From contig JBPCPX010000157.1 in assembly GCA_050998695.1 (NCBI GenBank), positions 1 through 43,310 of the forward strand: 43,310 nucleotides of DNA, in the 5' to 3' direction. Positions 38,219 to 43,310 of this stretch are shown piece after piece. Below the pieces are notes generated by a model, which saw only the letters and a list, made by a program, of their open reading frames with translations, had not been told where the DNA came from and did no database searches. The stretch comes from Actinomycetota bacterium. GTDB lineage: Bacteria > Actinomycetota > UBA4738 > HRBIN12. The translations under genes were made by a program, and so were the position numbers. The number at the start of each line of letters is the position of its first letter. Positions within the stretch are counted from its first letter, which is position 1.

Positions 38219-39613
38219 TCACGCCAGATCCTGGTCAGCGGCGAACTGGTCCCCCACCACGAACCCATCCGCGGTGATCTCGAACTCTCGGATCTGCGGG
38301 TCGTGGGCGCTCGCCCTCGTCTTCATCACGGTGATCCCGCGCTTCACTCGAGACTCCCCTCGGAGGAACTGCAGCAGCACGACATTGTCGGAGATATGAG
38401 AGATCCCGACTTCGGACAGGCGCGTGACACCGAAGAGCTCACCGACCTCCTGCGTCATCATCACGCTGACCTTTTGACGGGAGCACCGCTGCAGGAGTGA
38501 GTACACGTACTCGCGGAAGCGGGTCTCATCGGTGGAGGCAGCCTTCAGATCGCCGAGACTGTCGATCACGATGCGGCGCGCTCCCGTCGCTTCTACGGTC
38601 TCCAGGAGCTCATGCACCCATTCATCCAAGTACAGATCGACAGGCGTGCGATACATGAGCTCGACGCCCTCCTCATCCAGCGACCAGCCGTATCCGCTGA
38701 CGATCCGTTCGAGTTGGGCCGAGTTCTCTTGAAGCGTCGCGATCACACCGGGTTCGCCTTGCCGAGCCCCACCGAAGATGAAGTGCAGCCCCATGAGGGT
38801 CTTGCCCGATCCCGACGGACCGGCCACGAGGGTCGAGGCGCCGGGCCAGTAGCCTCGCCCGAGCATCTCGTCGAGGATCGTGATGCCGGATGAGATCTTG
38901 ATGTCTTCCAGCTCATACGGTGCTTGATCGACCGGGTCGGCCAGGCGAGGGAAGAATTCCACCCCGTGGGCGGAGAGTCGGTAGGTGTGCTTGCCGGAGA
39001 GGAAGTCGCTCCCACGGAGCTTGAGCACCTGGAAGACGTGCATCTCGCGCTCCCCTTTCCGCTCGACCGAGAGCGAAAGGATCGAGTCGGCGACCGCGAA
39101 TTCGGCGGACCCGGCGAGCTCGTCGCGGCCGTACTCGCCGACCCAGAACGACGTCACGGGGAACGCGGACAGCCGACCGGCGAGCTCGTGGAGGAACCGT
39201 CGGAAGTCCTCGTCCCTCCGCGCGTACGGATGCAGCGCCTTGAAGCTGTCGATGATGATCATCCCGGGGCGTCGCTCCTTGAGGAACCCACTGATCTTCT
39301 GGAGCACCCCCGGAAGGCCTTCGTCGTTCACGGTCCCGCCCAGATCCTCGTAGAACACCGCCGTGCCGATCGCCCTTCGATCGAAGAAGCTCAACGTCTG
39401 GCCGTAGCGCAGGATCTTCTCGAGCGGCTCGGAGACCGTGGAGAGGTAGATCGCCGGCCGTTCCGGCGTGGCGTTCTGGAACGCGTACTGCTGCGCGAGG
39501 ATCGTCTTCCCGGCCCCGGGGAGTCCGATGATGAGGTTGATCCCGTCGCCGGGCAGGCCTCCGCCCAACATGTCGTTCAATCGTTCCGAGCCGCTGGACA
39601 CCCGGTCACTCAT
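38219..39613 (-). CDS. Double-domain KaiC-like (RecA/DnaB superfamily) ATPase
   Basis: Two RecA-like halves: GLPGAGKT/IIIDSF/KLRGS and GPSGSGKT/IVIDSL/ISHISD/KTRAS; FFPRL linker; 464 aa. Confidence 0.92.
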   Translation of the reverse strand: MSDRVSSGSERLNDMLGGGLPGDGINLIIGLPGAGKTILAQQYAFQNATPERPAIYLSTVSEPLEKILRYGQTLSFFDRRAIGTAVFYEDLGGTVNDEGLPGVLQKISGFLKERRPGMIIIDSFKALHPYARRDEDFRRFLHELAGRLSAFPVTSFWVGEYGRDELAGSAEFAVADSILSLSVERKGEREMHVFQVLKLRGSDFLSGKHTYRLSAHGVEFFPRLADPVDQAPYELEDIKISSGITILDEMLGRGYWPGASTLVAGPSGSGKTLMGLHFIFGGARQGEPGVIATLQENSAQLERIVSGYGWSLDEEGVELMYRTPVDLYLDEWVHELLETVEATGARRIVIDSLGDLKAASTDETRFREYVYSLLQRCSRQKVSVMMTQEVGELFGVTRLSEVGISHISDNVVLLQFLRGESRVKRGITVMKTRASAHDPQIREFEITADGFVVGDQFAADQDLA

Positions 39614-40263
39614 GGCGAGAGGACCTCGCTTCGGAGGAACGCGCTCTGTCCGAGCAGGTCCTTGACGGTCGACACCAGTTGCAGGGGATCGAGGGGTTTC
39701 TGGAGGAACGCGTCGGCCCCATATTCCAGGGCCTCGTCGCGGGACTCCAGCGGCGATATCGCGAGGACGAGCGCTCCCCGTTCCCGGAAGGTTCGGCAGA
39801 GACCCGGCCCCGCACCGTCCGAGATCAGGAGATCGACCACGGCGAGGTGAGGCGACCGCTTCTCGAAGATGGCCTCCGCTTCGCGCGCCTCGAGCGCCAT
39901 GAACGTCTCGTAGCCCTCGGTCCGCAGGAAGTACTCGGCGAGCTCAGCCGCGTGCGGGTCGCGCTCCGCCAGCATGATGACCAGCCGGGTTTCGGATCCG
40001 CTGATCGCGACGTTCCGATCGGGATCGTTGCGCAGACGGTCCGTCAGGAGCCGGTGTGCATCCGCTGGCTGCATGCCCCCCTCGATGCTCCTGAGGACGA
40101 AGCGCAGCTGCTCGACGTGGTCCCGCGTGTACAGGCGGTGGCCACCAGGGCTGCGATCGGGCATGACGACGCCGTATCGCTCCTCCCATGTGCGTAAGGT
40201 GGCGGTGGGCACACCACCGAGCATCCTTGCGACCGCCCCGATGCTGTAGATGGCAGCTGTCAC
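39610..40263 (-). CDS. MerR (CarH/MlrA-type) HTH fused to a receiver domain
   Basis: YSIGAVARML..ATLRTWEERYG..P.RSPGGHRLYT; REC with AERD, VVD, ISP, GADAFLQKP. Confidence 0.88.
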   Translation of the reverse strand: MTAAIYSIGAVARMLGGVPTATLRTWEERYGVVMPDRSPGGHRLYTRDHVEQLRFVLRSIEGGMQPADAHRLLTDRLRNDPDRNVAISGSETRLVIMLAERDPHAAELAEYFLRTEGYETFMALEAREAEAIFEKRSPHLAVVDLLISDGAGPGLCRTFRERGALVLAISPLESRDEALEYGADAFLQKPLDPLQLVSTVKDLLGQSAFLRSEVLSP

Positions 40264-40282
40264 AGGGCGTGAGCTTAGTCGA

Positions 40283-40307
40283 ATGCGAAGCAGTTTGCCA
40301 GTCGCAT
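40283..40307. promoter_or_regulatory. Inverted repeat over the predicted -35 of the MerR-REC promoter
   Basis: ATGCGA-N13-TCGCAT; TAAGCT -10 at 40272-40277 on the minus strand. Confidence 0.4.
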
Positions 40308-40388
40308 CTACTCAGAACACCTTCAACTCTTAAGCAGCCGCCCCTGCTTGAGCACGGGATCTTCCTCATCGTTACACCACCTTCGAGC

Positions 40389-40418
40389 TTGACCTCCGCA
40401 CCGATGAGGAGGTAGCCT
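40389..40418 (+). promoter_or_regulatory. Sigma70-like promoter of the phosphatase gene, with a dyad across the spacer
   Basis: TTGACC-N18-TAGCCT containing ACCTCC-N10-GGAGGT. Confidence 0.45.
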
Positions 40419-40448
40419 CTTCAACCCTGAGGCGGGGTCAGGAAGCTG

Positions 40449-42263
40449 ATGCAGGAAAGCCACGATCTCCAGCACGACCCAGCTCGGATCAAGTCTGAGC
40501 GACTCGCTGAAGACAACCACGGATACGTCCCTGGAAGGAGCAACGGGGGATCGAGCAACAACGGTACCTCCGCTGAGGCAAGGGACCGGGCTCTGTTCGA
40601 GAGCGCGGGTGACGCGATCCTCATAGTGGACCGAGAAGGCCTCTGCATCGATGCGAACCCGAGAGCGACCGAGCTCGTCGGGTACGAACGACAGGAGCTG
40701 CTCTCGATGCCCATCCTCGATCTGGTTGCGGCCGCACCGGGATGGGCGGATGAGGAGTTCCGACGCTTCATCGATCGGGAGCGCTGGACGGCAGAGATGG
40801 AGCTCCGGCACAAGGATGGATCCCTCGTCCAGGTCGACATGTCCGCAACCAGGGTGGACATCGGATCGGGTCCTCCCATCTATCTGGCGGCGATACGTGA
40901 CCTCAGCGATCGGAAGCGGCTGATCGAACAGGGCGCCGAGCTCGTCCGCGCGGAGGCGGAGGCCCAGGCGCAAGCGGAAGCCGCGAGGCAAAGGGTCCGT
41001 TTCGTCTCCGACGTCAGTGAACTCCTCGCCGTCTCGCTCGACTACCCGGCGACCCTCGTGCGCCTGGCCGAGCTGGTGGTACGGGAGATCGCTGATCTCT
41101 GCGTCATCGATCTGGTCCAAGAGTCGGGGACCCTCAAACGGGTCGCGGTGGTGCACGCCAGCTCGGCGAAGCAAACCTTGGCAGAGCAGCTCGGTGACTA
41201 CGCGCCGCGACCGGGGAACTCGGACCCGGTCGCCCGAGCCTTCGCGACCGGCGAGGCGCAGGTATTCTCGCATCAGTCAGCTGGATCCTTGCGGGCGATC
41301 ACCCAGGACGAGGGACACCTGCGGATCGCTCGAGAGATCGGCGTCCAGTCGTTCCTGTCCGTTCCGCTGATCGCTCGAGGTCGCACGCTCGGGGTCATCA
41401 GCCTGGTCTCCACGAACCCAGACATCCGGTACGGCGAGTCGGACGTGCGACTGGCCGAGGAGATCGCCCGGCGTGCGGCCGTCAGGATCGACAACGCGCG
41501 GCTCTACGAGGAACGGGATCACACGGCCAAGGTGTTGCAGAGGAGCCTGCTGCCTCCCAGCCTTCCCCCCATCCCGCATGTCGAGCTCGCAGCACGTTAC
41601 CTGCCGGTGGGCGAGGGGAACGAGGTCGGCGGAGACTTCTACGACGTCTTCGACTGCGGCGACGGGAACTGGGCAGCGGCGGTGGGCGACGTCTGCGGGA
41701 AGGGACCGGAGGCGGCCGCGGTCATGGGACTCGCTCGACACACGTTGCGTGCGGTGGCCCGTTTCGAACGTAAGCCGAGCGCGTTGCTCCGCGAGCTGAA
41801 CCGAGCGCTCCTCGAGCAGAGCGTCGAGGAGCGGTTCTGCACCGTCTGTCATCTTCGCCTACGCCCGAGCCGAGATCATCTGCGGATCACGCTGTGCACT
41901 GCGGGTCACCCTCTCCCCCTGCTCTTGCGGCGAGACAAGAGCCTGTCCTCGGTGGGGGAACCGGGGCAGCTCCTCGGGGTGTTCCCCGAGGTCTCGCTCG
42001 TGGACTGCGTCGTCGACCTGGATCCCGGCGATGCCTTGCTGATCTATACGGATGGCGCCACCGAACAGCGCCGCGAGGCTGTCGCCGGAGAGGGGAGACT
42101 GCGTAAGGCATTCGCTGCCTCGCTCGGCCGGGACGCCGAAGCGACGGCTGCGGGGGTGGAGGAGGCTCTCCGTGCCGCTCGCGGATCCTCACCGCAGCGC
42201 GACGACGTGGCCCTGTTGGTCATCCGGGCCGCGGAGCGGGATCCGCTTCGGTCGGGGTCGTAA
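40449..42263 (+). CDS. PAS-GAF-SpoIIE (RsbU-like PP2C) phosphatase
   Basis: LFESAGDAI..DAN..GY PAS; GAF with VPLIARGRTLG..IDNARLY; LQRSLLP, VGGDFYD, GDVCGKG, AGHP.P, YTDG, DDVA. Confidence 0.93.
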   Translation: MQESHDLQHDPARIKSERLAEDNHGYVPGRSNGGSSNNGTSAEARDRALFESAGDAILIVDREGLCIDANPRATELVGYERQELLSMPILDLVAAAPGWADEEFRRFIDRERWTAEMELRHKDGSLVQVDMSATRVDIGSGPPIYLAAIRDLSDRKRLIEQGAELVRAEAEAQAQAEAARQRVRFVSDVSELLAVSLDYPATLVRLAELVVREIADLCVIDLVQESGTLKRVAVVHASSAKQTLAEQLGDYAPRPGNSDPVARAFATGEAQVFSHQSAGSLRAITQDEGHLRIAREIGVQSFLSVPLIARGRTLGVISLVSTNPDIRYGESDVRLAEEIARRAAVRIDNARLYEERDHTAKVLQRSLLPPSLPPIPHVELAARYLPVGEGNEVGGDFYDVFDCGDGNWAAAVGDVCGKGPEAAAVMGLARHTLRAVARFERKPSALLRELNRALLEQSVEERFCTVCHLRLRPSRDHLRITLCTAGHPLPLLLRRDKSLSSVGEPGQLLGVFPEVSLVDCVVDLDPGDALLIYTDGATEQRREAVAGEGRLRKAFAASLGRDAEATAAGVEEALRAARGSSPQRDDVALLVIRAAERDPLRSGS

Positions 42264-42313
42264 CAACCTCCGGTTCGACCCTCGAACAGCACCGGTGCTA
42301 GCGTTCGGCCGCC

Positions 42314-43237
42314 ATGGACGCGGACCCATCCACCGATCCTTCGCTCGACGCCGCTATCCGCGCGATCCCGTCATGGGAGAGCGAGGAGCTCGAGGTCCTC
42401 CCGATCGCCGAGGGCCGCACGAACCGCAACTTCCGCGTGACGGCAGGCGATGAGGCCTTCTTCCTCCGGCTCTCCGAGAGGTCCACGGAGCTCCTCGGGA
42501 TCGATCGGAACGCCGAGCAGGACTCAGCCCGAGCAGCCGCCGAGGCGGGCGTCGGCCCCGAGGTCTTCGTCTATCTCCCCGAGCTCGGCTGCCTCGTCAC
42601 GCGATGGATCGAGGCCGAGCCGCTCTCCGAGGGTGACCTCGAGCGCGAAGAGGTCCTCGCTCCCGTGGTCGATGCGATCAAGGCGATCCATGCCGGACCA
42701 GCACTCTCGTGGTCCTTCGACCCGTTCCGGATCGTGGAGGATTACCGGCGCATCTCCGAGGATCGGGGCGTCGTGGTTCCCGACGCGTTCGACCCGGCCC
42801 ACGAGAAGGCGTCCCGGATCGAGGCCGCGTTCGCGAGCGACCCGATGCCGCTCCGGCCGTGCCACAACGATCTCCTCGAGGCGAACTTCCTCCTGCGCGA
42901 CGGCAACGTCTGGGTCGTGGACCACGAGTATGCGGGCATGGGAGACTCGTTCTTCGACCTCGGGAACCTCTCGATCAATAACGCGCTGTCGGATGAGGCG
43001 CAGGAGCGGCTGCTCGCCCTGTACTTCGGGGAGCCGACCGACGCGCACCGCGCGCGCCTGCAGCTGATGCGGATCATGTCCGACTTCCGCGAGGCGATGT
43101 GGGGCGTCGTGCAGCAGGGCTTGTCCACGCTCGACATCGACTACGTGGAGTACGCGGCGACGCACTTCGACCGGCTCTCCACGACGATGGCGGACCCGCG
43201 CTTCGAGGACTGGCTCGAGACGGCGCGGGGTTCCTGA
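42314..43237 (+). CDS. Choline/ethanolamine kinase-family phosphotransferase
   Basis: GRTNRNF, LGIDR..E, CHNDLLEANFL (Brenner motif), VDHEYAGMGD.FFDL. Confidence 0.88.
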   Translation: MDADPSTDPSLDAAIRAIPSWESEELEVLPIAEGRTNRNFRVTAGDEAFFLRLSERSTELLGIDRNAEQDSARAAAEAGVGPEVFVYLPELGCLVTRWIEAEPLSEGDLEREEVLAPVVDAIKAIHAGPALSWSFDPFRIVEDYRRISEDRGVVVPDAFDPAHEKASRIEAAFASDPMPLRPCHNDLLEANFLLRDGNVWVVDHEYAGMGDSFFDLGNLSINNALSDEAQERLLALYFGEPTDAHRARLQLMRIMSDFREAMWGVVQQGLSTLDIDYVEYAATHFDRLSTTMADPRFEDWLETARGS

Positions 43238-43241
43238 AGAA

Positions 43242-43310
43242 GTGGCCGACGATCGGGCTCGCGTCGTCATCATCGGCGGCGGCGTCGCCGGAACCAGCAT
43301 CGCCTACCAC
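43242..43310 (+). CDS. FAD-dependent oxidoreductase (GcvT/dimethylglycine dehydrogenase-like), 5' end only
   Basis: MADDRARVVIIGGGVAGTSIAYH Rossmann motif; truncated by the window edge. Confidence 0.75.
   Translation, partial: MADDRARVVIIGGGVAGTSIAYH

Noticed and set aside
38219-39613. Bona fide circadian clock
   Set aside because: No kaiA or kaiB in the window, no ST phosphosite pair and no C-terminal tail.

Overview
High-GC bacterial chromosomal segment. Gene content, a SigF/SigB-type promoter and many leaderless genes suggest Actinomycetota (inference). No mobile element, CRISPR array, rRNA or tRNA was seen. In order: two tandem class III nucleotide-cyclase/STAND proteins (zinc-ribbon-cyclase-AAA-TPR, and cyclase-nSTAND1-TM-WD40 with a Glu at the substrate-specificity position); a stress/dormancy block (LigD polymerase, baeRF2, MEDS-HATPase, bactofilin, ArfB); an FN3 surface protein; a dipeptidase; an RHH/MazF toxin-antitoxin pair; F420 reductase, Bcp, M43 protease, YbhB, AlkZ, STAS-XRE and pirin; several small genes, including a 49-aa metallothionein missed by the ORF track; an in-frame response-regulator/histidine-kinase fusion; GNATs and reductases; an attenuator-controlled operon (leader peptide, unknown ORF, ilvB, ilvN, ilvC, leuA, leuB, cimA); and choline kinase/GcvT genes. 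The best candidate for an undescribed system is a KaiA/KaiB-less module: a CarH/MlrA-type MerR-REC regulator translationally coupled to a double-domain KaiC-like ATPase, divergent from a PAS-GAF-PP2C phosphatase. All calls come from motif recognition by eye; no database search was run.
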